64,000 bases of DNA from Dicyema japonicum. Lineage: Eukaryota; Animalia; Dicyemida. The stretch is from NCBI GenBank assembly GCA_011109175.1, contig RDEW01000012.1:1088129-1152128 (forward strand). The letters run 5' to 3'. Shown here piece by piece: positions 37,507 to 50,970 of this stretch (within the stretch, counting starts at the first letter, position 1; the number at the start of each line of letters is the position of its first letter). The notes under the pieces were generated by a model that was not told the DNA's origin, made no database searches, and saw only the letters and a list, made by a program, of their open reading frames with translations. Position numbers and translations under genes: made by a program.

Positions 37507-38823
37507 TCCATTCAAAACGGCCTCCATTCAAAACGGCCTCCATTCAAAATGGCCTCCAATTAATTTTTTCAGGTTTTGGATACGTTCATCAATAAACATC
37601 ACGAGATTTTAGCGAAACGACATCTTTAGGTAAAAAAAGTCATCTTTTTTAAATCTTATAAAAATTGATTTACCAAGGTCCTCGACATCTTTAGGTAAAA
37701 AGTCATATTTTTTAAATCTTATAAAAATTGATTTTGCCATGGTCCTCGACATCTTTAGGTAAAAAAGTCATCTTTTTTAAATCTTATAAAAATTGATTTT
37801 ACCAAGGTCCTCGACATCTTTAGGTAAAAAGTCATCTTTTTTAAATCTTATAAAAATTGATTTTACCAAGGTCCTCGACATTTTTAGGTAAAAAAAGTCA
37901 TCTTTTTTAAATCTTATAAAAATTGATTTTACCAAGGTCCTCGACATCTTTAGGTAAAAAAGTCATTTTTTAAAATCTTATAAAAATTGATTTTAACGGG
38001 TCCTATGGGTAAGTGGAACATTTTACCAAGGTCCATATTTCAATTGGAGGCTGGCACAACGTTTTTAGAAGTACATTTGGACACTAAACAAGATTCCAAG
38101 AAATTTTGTTAAGAAATTGATAAAAGAAAAAAGCATAATGATAAAATTCTTAAGATTACGAAATGGAGAAAAATTCTTAAAAAAACTAAATATATCGCTT
38201 TATTTGAGAATACATTGAGATTTGTTTAAGAACAAATGTTACTTAACTTGGATCCGATAGAATATATATTCAACTAAAAATATATTCTATTACATTTATA
38301 ATTATTTTCTATTTTTCTTTTTGAAAATAAATCTTTCATTTTAAATTTAAATAAAAATATTTAAAAAAATAAATGTTTACCTAAAGATGTCGAGGACCTT
38401 GGTAAATTGTTCCACTTACCCATAGGACCTGTTAAAATCAATTTTTATAAGATTTCAAAAAGATGACTTTTTCACCTAAAGATGTCGAGGACCTTTGTAA
38501 ATTGTTCCACTTACCCATAGGACCTGTTAAAATCAATTTTTATAAGATTTCAAAAAGATGACTTTTTCACCTAAAGATGTCGAGGACCTTGGTAAATTGT
38601 TCCACTTACCCATAGGACCTGGCAAAATCAATTTTTATAAGATTTAAAAAAGATGACTTTTTTACCTAAAGATGTCGAGGACCTTGGAAAAATCAATTTT
38701 ATAAGATATAAAAAGATGACTCTTTTACCTAAAGATGTCGAGGACCTTGGTAAAATATCTCGTGATGTCTATTGATGAACGTATCCAAAACCTGAGAAAT
38801 TTTATTGGAGGCCATTTTGAGTG
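37507..38823. mobile_element. Foldback-like element: long modular inverted arms built of tandem subrepeats
   Basis: Left: 16-bp x3 (37507-54) plus six 64-66-bp units (starts 37621, 37686, 37750, 37815, 37879, 37945). Right (inverted): 95,95,95,63-bp units (38379-38727) and the mirrored outer block ending 38823. AT-rich ~350-bp spacer. Confidence 0.85.
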
Positions 38824-39498
38824 TTTGGAACCTTTAGTCAGAATGTTAGTCAGCGAGATTTGCACACAAATTAGAGTCAGGAAACCCAAGCCTTGACTGC
38901 ATGGTTATTCAATTTAGGAACTCCTGTGGGGCTGAGTTAGGCTTACGAGTCTTTTTAAAGAAATATTAGTGAATTTTAGAGCTCGCTCGGCCTGGGGAAT
39001 ATATCATCAGATCTCATTTTTATGGATAGCCAGTTATGAAAAATAACCTTACAGTCGACTAAGATGTACGATCTGACAAATATTGGTATTCCATATAGAT
39101 TCTGATTTAGTGAAAGACAAAATTCAAGATAACACATTAAACAGAATTTTTTTATTCTAAATTTCTGGAAAACAGTATTTCTTATTAGATTATAAAGTGA
39201 TTGGCAGAATTCATCTCTCAGAAATTTTATTATCTGTTTGATACTTTTATTTAGTTGTCTGATGGATTCAACTCTGTCGAATAGCATCATTTCGTTTGGT
39301 CCTTTGTTTTATGAGTGTAAGTGTCCGGGAATTGAGAATAGGTATAAAATTCGTGAAGGATGAAAAAAGAATAAATATGTTGTCAGCCTTTTGAATGGCC
39401 ACACTGATGATTTTTGCGACTTCAAATGGAAATAGTCATTTGACCAATCAAGATCTACGAAGTCAGAGAACCAGGGCAGAATCATATAAACTATAATT

Positions 39499-42475
39499 CT
39501 ATTCGTGCCGCGTCCGAACAATCCTCTTAATTAGCCTTTCCCATCCCCTCCTGTCCGATGCCAAGTTCCGCAGACTACTAAGGTCTTCACCGTCCTTTAG
39601 TTGTCTGGTTACTGATCTCAGGTCACCATTAAGGACTTCCGGAAGAGTTATTCTTGGACGACCTCTGAACTTCTCCCCTGACGTATCGAAGTATTCTTCC
39701 ATGACGACGTTTGCTGGTGTGTCTTGTTCCAATCTGAGAATATGGCCAAACAATCTCCAGCGAGCCTTCATGATCATGGTGCTCAGAGGTCCGGAACCGC
39801 ATCTTCTATATAAATTTTCACTCCCTACACGCATTGGCCACTTTAGTCCCAAAAAGAGACCGAAGTTGCCATCTGTGAAAGGAGTCAAGGTTTTGTTCGT
39901 CCGTTTTCGAAATTCCCCATGTCCCAGAGTTGTATGTTAGTATGGGCCTCACGAACGCCTCATACAACCTCAGTCGGAGTGATGGCCCGACCGAGCATTT
40001 TCTTATCCAACATTTCATAAGTTTTTGCATAGTAACCGTAGATAACAATTTTCTTCTTGCAATGTCTTCGGAGTCTCCGAGAAGAGAGCCAAGCTTTACG
40101 GTCTTCCTCCAACCTTCACTATTGCGTAGTTCCATCCGCTTAATTTCAACAATATCCGTTTTCTGAACATTCAGTGATAGACACCATTTGGCCAAACAGC
40201 CTGATGCAACCTCCAAGAGACGTAAGAGTGCTTCTTTGTCAGTCAAGATAAAGTCAACATCATCGGCATACACGATCTCCATAATATCATTGTTGTAATA
40301 CTTCCGGAGGTCTTGCAGAGCCGATTCAAGGTATATAGCAAACAATACTGGGGAAAGGGAATCTCCTTGGGGTGTGCCCACTGTTGAAATAATTTCCCGT
40401 GACAAACATTTTTCCAATACGCACTCGTAACCTCGTGTTTGATAAGAGTATCCGTATCAGAATAACCGAGTCCTTATCCAGGAAACTTTCAAGCACTTCA
40501 ATGAGTTTTCCCCGACGGACAGTGTCGAAAGCTCTGGTCTGATCAATTCCAAGGATAGTCTTTGAGCTCCGGAATCTTTGTTGAATAGCACATTGCCATC
40601 TATGGCACCATACTACATCAGCCGTTGATCTTCCTGTCCTAAAACCACTCTGGCTCTGGGCCAAGTACCCGTCCACCGGCTCTTGGATCCGATTAAGAGT
40701 AATTAGGGCAAGGATCTTCCTTAAGGTGTTTAGAAGGATGACAGGGCGCAGGTTTTCAACTGGCCCAGGGGGTTTATTACCTTTTTGAACTGGTACTAGT
40801 ATCCCCTTTCCAATTTCTGAAAAGTCCTTGTTTTCTATCATGTCATTCAGCAATTTTGAGAGATTATCTGCAAGTTCTGGAGGGCCAAATTTTAGCAATT
40901 CAGATGGTATATTATCTGGTCCTGGAGAGCGCCCAGATTTAAGTTTCCTTATCGCCATGCAAACCTCCTCCGGTGAAATGATCCGTTCAAGTGTTGTGTT
41001 CTTAGGCGTGAAATCTGATTTTTCTCCTTTTACAAAGAACAGTTGTTCAATATGCGATGCTATGAACTCTGTCTGTTCTGCAACATTTCCTATTGTTTTT
41101 CCATTTCTGTCATGCAAAATAAGTTTCACTGATTGGCTCTTCCTCCGTATTAGTCGTATAGCCATGAATGTCGCAGCATTGTCTTTAAGGTTTTCTACCT
41201 CTCTGATCTTGCTTTCCAACTGACTAGTGTGATGTAGTCTGTTTAGGAGTTTGATTTTTCTCTCAATTTGCCTTCGTTCTTGTTTCAGTTTGCAAACAGT
41301 CTGAGGATCGACAGTATTTTCGGATCTAAGCCTTAAGTTCTTCTGCAAATTCAATAGGGCTGACACTTCCGGGTGACGCTGACTGCTATGGGGTTTAAGT
41401 TCCCCCAATGTTTGTCAGCAGCGGAAATGATCCCTCTCATAGTTTCGAGCCATGCCTTTCCTGGTGAAAGATCCGATGCCGTATTATTAATTGAATCCGA
41501 TACACATTCTTTATAGTCTGCTTGTACTTTTGGTGAAGAGCCCAAGAGTTCAGTCATATACCTTCTTGATCGCGTGGAATCTCCACCACGATGTGTTTGG
41601 AAGAAGCATCTTCTATTAGTTATCCCGTAGAGGAACTCCTCCGCAGTTGGACCAAGTCTTAAGCTGAATCTTGCTGACACAATTTTGTGATCACTGTTAA
41701 CAGTTAGTCCTCCATAAGATCTCGAGTCCCGTAAGAGAGATTTGTCTTTTACTCGACACAGAATATAATCGATCTGATTATAAATCCTTATCAGATTTCC
41801 GGTGGTCGATAGTCTAGTGCCCATCCACGTTGTCTTGTGGCGTGCGGAATGTTGGAATTGAGTATTGCACAGGAATAAATCAAAGGATTCGCAGAAATAT
41901 GCCAGAGCAGTACCAGAATAGTTCCTGATCCCCCTTCCATGTGGTCCAATAAAACGTTCGTGTCCTTGATGTACCCCAGCTTTAGCATTCCAATCACCAG
42001 CGATAAAGAGGAACGATGAAAACTTCAGAGAAGATACGACCTCGACAAGTTCTTCGTAGAAAACGTCCAATTCCTCTGGGTTTTTGGAAACACGGCCACT
42101 ATGTGGGGCGTACACGTTCACAATGGAAATTAGTTGCCTGGACTTCCCTTTGGGTCCAATAAGAAATTGAATAACACATATCCTGTCATCAATTTTCCAA
42201 TATCGATGTAATCTGGGGAGCAAATTCTTGTGAACAGCGAAACCCTGTCCATAGTGTTTACAGTACGATGGAAGGAGGATTAGTCTGTAGTCTCCAAGGT
42301 TTTCATCGAGTCCTTTTCTGAGCTTCGTCTCTTGGAGACAGCAAACAGAGCATCCATATTTTGCAAGGTCCAGACATAGTTGGTGCCTCTTCGACCAGTC
42401 ATTAAGGCCCCTGGCATTGAAGGTAAGGGTAGAAAACCAAGGATTATTCAATTGCGTATTAGACATGTGTGCCAT
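39499..42475 (-). mobile_element. Near-complete RTE-clade LINE (APE endonuclease + RT) with three frameshifts in base runs
   Basis: TFNARGL, CLQETK, NVYAPHS, AGDWNAK, NQIDYIL, SDHKIV; QSGFRTGRST, IDQTRAFD, GTPQGDSLSP, YADD; WRLFGHILR, RGRPR, ASDRRGW. Confidence 0.95.
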
Positions 42476-42769
42476 GTTATAATCTAGTCAATATATATTT
42501 CAACGATCTCAGCTCTTTAATAAGTTTGAGCCCGAAACCTTCAAACTCATGTGAATTTAAACTCATGTAATTCAATTATTTCTGTATTTGTCATATATGA
42601 TTCGACTAATAAAGAAATCATATAGATAGTTTTCAAAGGTTTCTCGGACATGTAGCCATGAACGACATAATCTATTATTATTTATTTAGACATAATCTAT
42701 AGTGGTTTTAGAGGCCTATTTTTTTAAACTATTTTTTGGATAATGAAAATTAATTAAAAAAATTAAATT

Positions 42770-43130
42770 ATTCAACTTATTCATGTCGGATCTCAATTCA
42801 GCGACTCAGTCCGCACAACAAATCTTGACAAACTGGAACTATGGCTCTCGAAGCGGAGAGTCGACGCATCATCAACAAAATCCTCTGTCACGCTGTTTAC
42901 CACTTACAAAAGACAGCTCTGTGTCGAATTAAAAATCTTTACGAAGAACGAGGCTATTCCTATTAACAAAACACCGAAGATTCTGGGAGTCACCTTCGAT
43001 CAGGGGACTCATTTTTTATCCGACATGATGATAACATAGTAACTTCTGCTGTGGCCTTGCCACGATTTATGTACAATTTATCTTGACCCACGATGACGTA
43101 TGCAAGTCCTTCGTGGGCAATGCAGATTCA
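42770..43130 (+). mobile_element. Ingi/Jockey-type RT C-terminal fragment
   Basis: KSSVTLFTT...IPINKTPKILGVTFDQG; MTYASPSW; ends near the single n at 43148. Confidence 0.7.
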
Positions 43131-44522
43131 CGATCCTCCTCATTGAANAGGGAATTACATTCTTGCAAAAGTCTATACTATACAAATATATATAACAAGT
43201 CGTAAATGCTAGATGGGAATGTTTGGTTGTTTACAGATTTTAAACTCATGATTCTGACAGTTACTCTGAATAATTAATATTTAATGCACATTCTGTAAAT
43301 TCATTCTCAACTGAAAAATTGACATAATGTTGAAATTTAATGTAATGAACTCTTAATTCATATATTTGAGAATCGGAAAATTGACATTCATTCCAGTTCT
43401 TAATAATTATTATTTAATAAAGATATCCACGAGCTATTACTTCTTGACAATTTTCTGTATAGTCAAAATGTAGAATCAGAAGTTCAAGATGAAGCAAGAA
43501 ATTACAGTCGTCTTAAAAAATACTAATTTTATTAATAAATAAAATTAAAAAATAATTTAATTAAATTCACATAATTAACATTGTTTTTTGACGTGTTATA
43601 TAATTTTACCATGAAGCTAAATAAATTTACCAAAGTGTCTAATAACTTTGCCATAATGTTTAATAACTTTGTCAGAATACTTAACAATTGTGTTAAGGAG
43701 CAGATGACGGATTCTTAAAAATAGTATGGAATAAGGTAAAGCGAAACCCTAAGTATTCATATGTCTATGGGAAATGTGGAAGTGCTTTTAACTAACTTAA
43801 TAACTAAACTAATACGTTAAGGTTCTACTTCAATAAGTAAGTGAAAATTATTCCCTGATTTAGTTTAAATCCAAAAATCAGAAATTTAAATTAATTATAT
43901 AAAAAAATTATTTTTCCATTTGATTATTTTTATTAAAATAAAATAATGGAACAAACACAAGACAATTTTTATTTTTGGCGCTCACTCACTTAACCCAGCA
44001 GCCTCTGCAAACATGTTGATAGAATCTTATTACTCCATTGACTGCCTATTAGGCATTACGTGTCCGACTACGCACAACCTTGCCAATTCTTTATGCTTAA
44101 GATATTCAATGTGTAGAGACAGTTAACTTAGATGGCATTGATACACACTATGGCCCCGGTTTGAGGAACCAATTTTAAAAAGAAAATTCAAAGGCTTTAC
44201 AATATTTTTAAAAATCATGCCCTCGAATAATTTGTCTGCACAGTGTTCTTTATCGACATAATCTGTTTCCAAGATTGTTTAGTGAACTTAAATATTGTGT
44301 CAAAAAACTATAAATAAAATAAAATCAACAGTAAATATAACCGACTATTTAAAAAAAATTTGCATTGATGCGGTTGAAACGTCTATATATCATAATTGTA
44401 GAACATAATTTTCAAACATTTTCATCCATCATTCGAGATATTTTTTTAATAAATTTTATTAAATTAAAAATAATTTAATAATTATTAAATAACCTATAAA
44501 TAAATAAAGATAACCTATAAAT

Positions 44523-45180
44523 CAGAGGTTGTCAAACGGTGTGCCGCAAGACAATTTCTAGTGTGCCGCCTGCCAAATACAAATTTGAATAAATTTATAT
44601 ACATTTTTGACTTAATTAATTTAAAAAGATAAACGAATTAAAATAATTACTAAAATTAAAATAATCATTTTTTTATTATACATTAAATGACATTTACATT
44701 GGTTAACCATTATTTATAAATTTTTTAATAACGTGAGCATCAACGTGCTTATGGGTAAATCAGTTCGTCGTTCTTATAAAGATTCTTATTTGTCATTTGG
44801 ATGTATATGCAAAGATAAAAATATTGGCGAAAACTTGATAATCCCTGCTTGTTGTATTATTGCTCGGACTATGTTTGGTCATAAATATGAACAAAAAATA
44901 ATGAAGATACCTTTGTCAGATAAACACTGTTTCTCGTCGGATTTGTGCTGAAATGCGAGTGCCTTTGTTAACCATTCGACCTGATATTGATGATATATGC
45001 AAAAACAATAATAATTAAGAATTCATTTTTTTATTAATAAAAATTTCGGCATTAAATTACCAATTTTTGTACTTAGTTTTACACATCTTAAAAATTAATT
45101 TTTTTATTTTTTTAATGTGTGCCGTGGATTATTTTTTTTACGATTAGTGTGCCGCGAGAATTATTTTTTGAAAAGCTCTG
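44523..45180 (+). mobile_element. Non-autonomous Buster-type hAT deletion derivative with normal direct TSD
   Basis: Ends cagaggttgtcaaac / tttgaaaagctctg; TSD ctataaat (44515-22) / ctatatat (45181-88); gtgtgccg subterminal repeats; relic KDSYLSFG..IGENLIIPA..IARTMFG..KIPLSD. Confidence 0.85.
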
Positions 45181-47545
45181 CTATATATGTTCTTAACTTT
45201 ATGTGGACATGAATTATTAATTAATTTAATAAGTTCTGTAATTTTAAATCAAATGGTTTATACTGATACTGACTCTCGTCATGTAGATCACTATGTAAAA
45301 GCATGTTCAGTTAAATATTTAAAATTTTGGAAAGTAGAAAATAAAGCCCTTTTAAAATGAATTGTAGAAGTAACATAAGTAAAAGATAATGAAGTTTGTA
45401 ATTTTATTAATATTAGAGTATGCATTTCATATTTAGTAATGAAAATTCCAAATTAAATAGAATTTCATTAAAAGATAAAATTGTTCTAATTTTATCATCA
45501 CGAAATATTGATTTATATTTCACATTTCGTTTAGTGTCTGATAGGAGATACCTTGAAAAGATAGAACTATTTATTTGTAATTATAATCATTCATTCGTAG
45601 ATAATTCTGATAATTATACGATTACACTTGATAGAGACTTGCATTATAAAATCTTTGATTATTTTTAAAAAATTTTCTTTCGATGTTTCACTGAATACAT
45701 TTTTGTGTCCTTTTCTAGATAGCCATGATCTTTTCAGCATTTGTCCAGAAGATGATATCATGGAAGATATTAAGACCAAAAGATAATTCTCCCCCTCTCA
45801 TGTATGGAAATAATTTTTACTTATTCTATTAGCCCTGAAAGTTCTCGAGGACCACAGAATGCGACTAATGATTTAGCAAGAGTAACATTTACTCTATCAA
45901 GAAACTTTCTCGTTTCATGGTAACAATTTATTGGCCTGGGCTCATTCCTCATCGACATAAACTCTTGGCCGATACAAGAACGGAAAAAGACTTGTATCGG
46001 TTACACAACTTCACGTAAATGGGTACGGGAGATCAGTGAACTCCGCTTTTTTTTCAAAATACACGATAAAGTTGCCTCTTTTTAAAGTTTAAAGTCTATA
46101 ATTAATGTCCCTTATAATCCTGTTTCATGAAGAGTTGAATTGTATTTATCTTACCTCTTTTACTAATTTCATTTTCTCTGGGTTTAACCCAAACCTTGAC
46201 ATCTGAAAATGTGCTCTGTTCAATTGTTATTCCCAAAGTCTTTCTCGTAGTCCAAAATAAGATTTTTAAACGGAAATTTCTGGAAATATTAAACTCCTTG
46301 CATTGGATATTTTGAATAGTCACGGCTTGTGTGGCCTGACGAGTGAAACACTAGACCGGAGAAAATCCTTTGTCCAGAACTTCTGGGTTTATGATGTCTT
46401 CTGAGTCTATCACCTCGTCCATGCTTACAAGAAGGAGACATTAGCTTTTATTGATCATGAAGAATAGCAGGCATTTAATGCAACAGAAGTCCGTCACAGT
46501 CTGAACCTTGTGACCAAATAACCCCATGATTAATTAGGCTTTACGTTGGGGGGACAATCATTAGCATTTTGAAACCTTCTGGATCATCCTATCCATCTTA
46601 CCTTCCTATTCCCTCTGTCAATCGTTTCTAAAATTCCAGAACAACTTGTACTGTATTTCATCAAACCGTATCTGCTGTTTGTCGATTCTTAACATAGTTT
46701 TCGTGATTTCCACTTTACTGATCTTTCAAAACGTATATTTTATGGCAAATGGAGTTAATAATCACATACCTTCAGGTAAAGTAGTTGTTGCTTTAATTGA
46801 CATAAACAAACTCCGTGATAATGATTCTGAGTAATAGACAAAGAGATCCTATTTCTCGTAAAGACACACACGTTCTCTTCGGGTTTATAAAGTTGAAATT
46901 CTTCAAATTACCAACTTAGCCCTCTCAGTCGTGCTTAATAGTCTAGATATTAACAAACTTCTTGGACGTCTGCCGCTGGACATGTGAAACTTTCCTACCC
47001 CTGAATTTTTTCCCTACTCGGTACTCCTCCGCTACGGTCGCTAACAGGGTTACAGAACTATTTAACATGAAAATCGGTTTCCTCCATGTGCCCTTCTTGC
47101 CTTCAGACGACCAAAAGATGGACAACTTTTTTTTGCCCTGGCCTTCTTTTAATTCCCCATCATTTCAGCTCGATCTTATTGATTTCTAAGAGCGTCCACT
47201 TTTGCTAGTCACTTGTTGTTGTAACCGATTTCCTTCACTGATAAGACCGGGTTAAATAAATAAGTTCCAAGTTCTTTCACTTTTGGGCCGGACGAGATCA
47301 GACCCCAGCATGCTTGCATGTGACACTTCTTCTGTTTAGAACTTTGATATCCGATATTTCTTGAGTTCATCACTGCTTACAAGAAGGAGAAAATCACGTG
47401 GTTGCATCCTCATAAAACCAAGTATTAACCATGTATAATGTCATCACCTCAACTTTCTGATAAATAACGATTGACTTATTTTGTTAATGCACTTGTTTGT
47501 TATTTATTAACCCCAGGCTTACAATCTTTGTAAGTCCAGCACAAT

Positions 47546-48827
47546 TCATCCAAGAAATGAACCCAAGAGAGAACGCCTGCATGTGTCGATCAAATCCATC
47601 CTCCAATAGTCCATTACAGGTGTCCATTCAGAAGAGAGGTGGAGAATTTGCCTTTTACCATTTAGCAGAATTACATGACGAAGGTTTATTTTGTTTATCA
47701 ACCATTTGAATTCATCCTCATCCTCCTCAAAACACAAATACTGAATCAGATAATTTGAGTAATAATCTTTAAAGGTCTTGAAATTCTCATATCCAATGGT
47801 TGCAAATATGGTGTTGTATTTTTGGCAAAAATAAAATAAAAACTCAATATTTTGAGCATTCAAATAGTTTTATGACATCCCGCATTATGCATTTATAGAG
47901 GATGAATATGAAATTCCAAAATCTTTCACATTGAAATTTTTGAGACATTGAGGGTTTTTAAATTTTCCAACAATCAATGGCTCAAGTTTTTCCCCATGGA
48001 ATTGCAACAAAGAAGTACAGTGACTCTTTCTTTTCCCTGTTTAAAGCCAAAAGTATCGTCATTTATTCCGACAAACGACTTTCGTGAGTCCTTTTTATAT
48101 GAAAGAAGTTTCATCACAATTAAAAACATTTTGTCTTCCATATTGAATAATTTTCTCGTCAAGAATTTTAAAAAACTCATTGATGTAAATCAAGTCACAT
48201 GAATTTTTTTCTCCACAAATTGATTTAAATTTCAGTTCATGTCGCTATTTAAATCTGTCAAGCCAGCCGTTTGAAGCTTTGAAAGTATCAAATCCAATTT
48301 TTGAAGCCGTATATAAAACAATTTTCTTTATGAAAGGACCTGATATTGGAACCTTATTTCCGCGTAGTTTCTGAAATATTTCAAAAACTTGATCATCGAA
48401 TTTAGATTTCTCACAATAAGGCATAGGATCCTCATCCGTGTTTACAGTTCCTTGTTCAAGAAAAGGTACAATTGTTTTTTTTATTCGCGAAATCATGCCT
48501 TTACTAGTTTTGTATTTTTTAATTATCTGTCTTTTAGATAATTTGTTCTTCAATATCAATTTAGCAATCGTTAATTTTGTTTCGTAGTTGATAACCATTC
48601 ACAACAAAAAATGTAAATAAACGTGTAAATTAAAATTATATATTTATTAATAAAATATAATTTTATTTACTTATAATTTCATTCCCCACAATTTTATAGT
48701 GCCCCAAAATTTCCATATTTTTTATCGATTTTCCATTTTACTCTGCCAAAATGTTGGCCAAAAAAAATGCCCCAAAATGCGAGGGTGCTCCACCCCTGGG
48801 GTCTGCCCAATTCGGGGTCGGACTGTA
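47546..48827 (-). mobile_element. pogo/Tigger (CENP-B-like HTH + DDE) transposase pseudogene with one end
   Basis: 48245-48598 (VPISGPFIK...FKASNGWLDRFK), 47974-48180 (GFKQGKERVTVLLCCN), 47546-47863; terminus TA+cagtccgacccc at 48827. Confidence 0.85.
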
Positions 48828-49799
48828 GTTACGAGATGGGGGAGCTAACTTATGGCTGTTTCTTACTATGCTACAAACCTTCCAAATGTTATTCAAGTAC
48901 GCACTTCTTTAGAATTAGAATTTTTGCTTATTAAAAGAGTGAAATAAAGTTTATTTGATGAACAACTTCATGAAGATCTAACGAAGGTAAAATCACAATA
49001 TTTACATTTATTACATTTGCTTGATGATTTTTAATCGACCAATTTCACTATAAAGCATACAATTATTAAAAAATTGGATTTTAAAGAAGACGTATGTAAT
49101 AATAAAAATTATATTAACAAAAGAATCCTAATGATATCACAAAATAAATTTTTGATGATCATTCCATTTCACCTTTAGATTATTCTTTGTTGATTGAACG
49201 TCAGGGTAGGAATTTTAAAGCGGATAATGTAAAATATTACTTAATTGTGATTAACTCGATAAACGATGAATAAAATACTTTAATTTTCATAAGCGTAGTT
49301 TATACATGAAAATAAAGTTGTAACTAGTATTTTTTAGGTCAATTTTTAAAATTTTAAGATTAATTAAATTGACTTTTTAAAGGCAATTTTCATTTTTTAA
49401 GTCAATAAAAATGTTGCCCTAGTTACTATTTACGCGGTCGACGTACTGATATCAGACATATCGAAAGATTTGAAGAAGGAGACGTTTATCTTTATTTTTG
49501 AATGAATTATTTTGCCCTCTCTCGTCTAAGGAAGTGAAGGAAGGCATTTTCCGTCCAAAAGAGATATTTTGGTCAAAGTTATGCAATAAATTTGAACATC
49601 TTATGGAGTTTCTATCATTGTTACGTTTGATTTAAGAGTTTGAATAAATCATCGTATTTAACAGCTAATGAAACTCGCTACTTTGTACGATTCGGCCGTC
49701 CTTAAACGTCTACAGCTATTGCTGGACGCTTTCACAAGTCTCCGAAGTTCACCTGAGTTCCCGGACAGGAGTAGCTTCTTATAAAATCAATGATAATTG

Positions 49800-50140
49800 T
49801 TCGGTGGTGGAAACCAATAGCCCGAATTACTCTTTAAGAAAGAAGTGTCCAGTGCATATTTCTACTAGGGTCCTCCTTGTTTTATTCGAGATTATTCTTA
49901 AAGTCATCCACCAATTTCGAAGGCCACACAGCAGATTTTTCGGAGCCAGTCTTCGGATGGCTTTGATAGAAAGTGTTTATGTATTGTCTTTGACTTGGCT
50001 TTATGGAGCTCCACTTTGGAGGGGATCGCGTATTTCAAGGTGATCCTGATGTATTGATTGTGGATTGTTCTAAGGGTTTCCTTCTCCTGGCCAAAGATGG
50101 ATTCAGCCACGTAATAGAGGGCGTTTGTAAAATTCACTAG
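49800..50140 (-). mobile_element. LINE C-terminal fragment
   Basis: ALYYVAESIFGQEKETLRTIHNQYIRITL resembles the post-RT domain of the Ingi/Jockey-type copies. Confidence 0.45.
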
Positions 50141-50152
50141 GAATGATTTTAN

Positions 50153-50312
50153 TACTTATAATTTCATTCCCCACAATTTTATAGTGCCCAAAAATTTCCA
50201 TATTTTTTATTGATTTTCCATTTTACTCTGCCAAAATGTTGGCCAAAAAAATGCCCCAAAATGCGGGGGTGCCCCACCCCTGGGGTCTGCCCTAATCCGG
50301 GGTCGGACTGTA
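50153..50312. repeat. Second copy of the 160-bp pogo terminus (48668-48827)
   Basis: Direct repeat about 95% identical ending ggggtcggactgta; begins immediately after the n at 50152. Confidence 0.85.
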
Positions 50313-50644
50313 TAAATATTTTTTTTCATTTTCTTATTATTTTATTTTTTTAATTCAAAAAATTGAACTCGGAAAATCATAACTGAGGCATGTAAAAAAA
50401 AAGCTTTAAGGATGCTATAATTTATACCTATCAAGCGTAGTAAAACCTAAATTGTACAAAAATAATAAACTGTTTTCGGCATGCTAAATGGACCCAAGAT
50501 TTTATTGAAGAAATTAATGACGAGTTTTTGTCTGAAATTTATCAAGATTTCGTGTCAAGACTGCAAATAAATGATCCAATTCGAGAAGATGAGTTTCTTC
50601 TTTATGAATATACATAGAATGAAGAGATCCTGGAAAATTTGGAT

Positions 50645-50970
50645 TTAATTTATTAACCCCGGATACACCGAGAAAGAAGTTAAAGTAAACAACTAATTAA
50701 GTGTATCCAGTTTCCACTTCTACAGAGAGTCCATCCGGAATCAGCATAAAGGGTAAGACGTCCATTATATGCAGTTGTGGAAACCCCTCCAGTGGAGTGG
50801 GGGAGAGCAAATAATCCTTTTTCGAGCCGGCCTGGCACTGGGCGTCACCTAGACAGGTGGATCACATGACGCCACTATAATAGGAAGAGAAAAGAGGAAC
50901 AGACAAGCAAACAGAAAACTTCAACCAATTAACCACGCAGCACCTCATGGCGCCACGCGGCTATTTATTT
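50645..50970 (-). mobile_element. Short non-autonomous retroposon, copy 2
   Basis: 14-bp TSD tggaaaatttggat at 50631-44 and 50971-84; same 5' start (aaatagccgcgtggcgcc) as copy 1. Confidence 0.9.
50812..50873 (-). ncRNA. Candidate HDV-like ribozyme fold in retroposon copy 2
   Basis: Perfect P1 GGCGTCA/TGACGCC, P2 TGATCC/GGATTA, J4/2 CTCGAAAAA. Confidence 0.55.

Noticed and set aside
37621-38000. Regular 64-66-bp repeats superficially like a CRISPR array
   Set aside because: No unique spacers, mirrored by an inverted arm, and in a eukaryotic context.
45969-46000. 10-bp perfect hairpin ccgatacaag/cttgtatcgg
   Set aside because: Too short and isolated to exceed chance convincingly; bacterial-type terminators are not relevant here.
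48668-50312. 160-bp direct repeats as LTR-like ends of an element
   Set aside because: They are pogo termini (TA-CAGT), and the second copy starts at an n that may mark a contig join.
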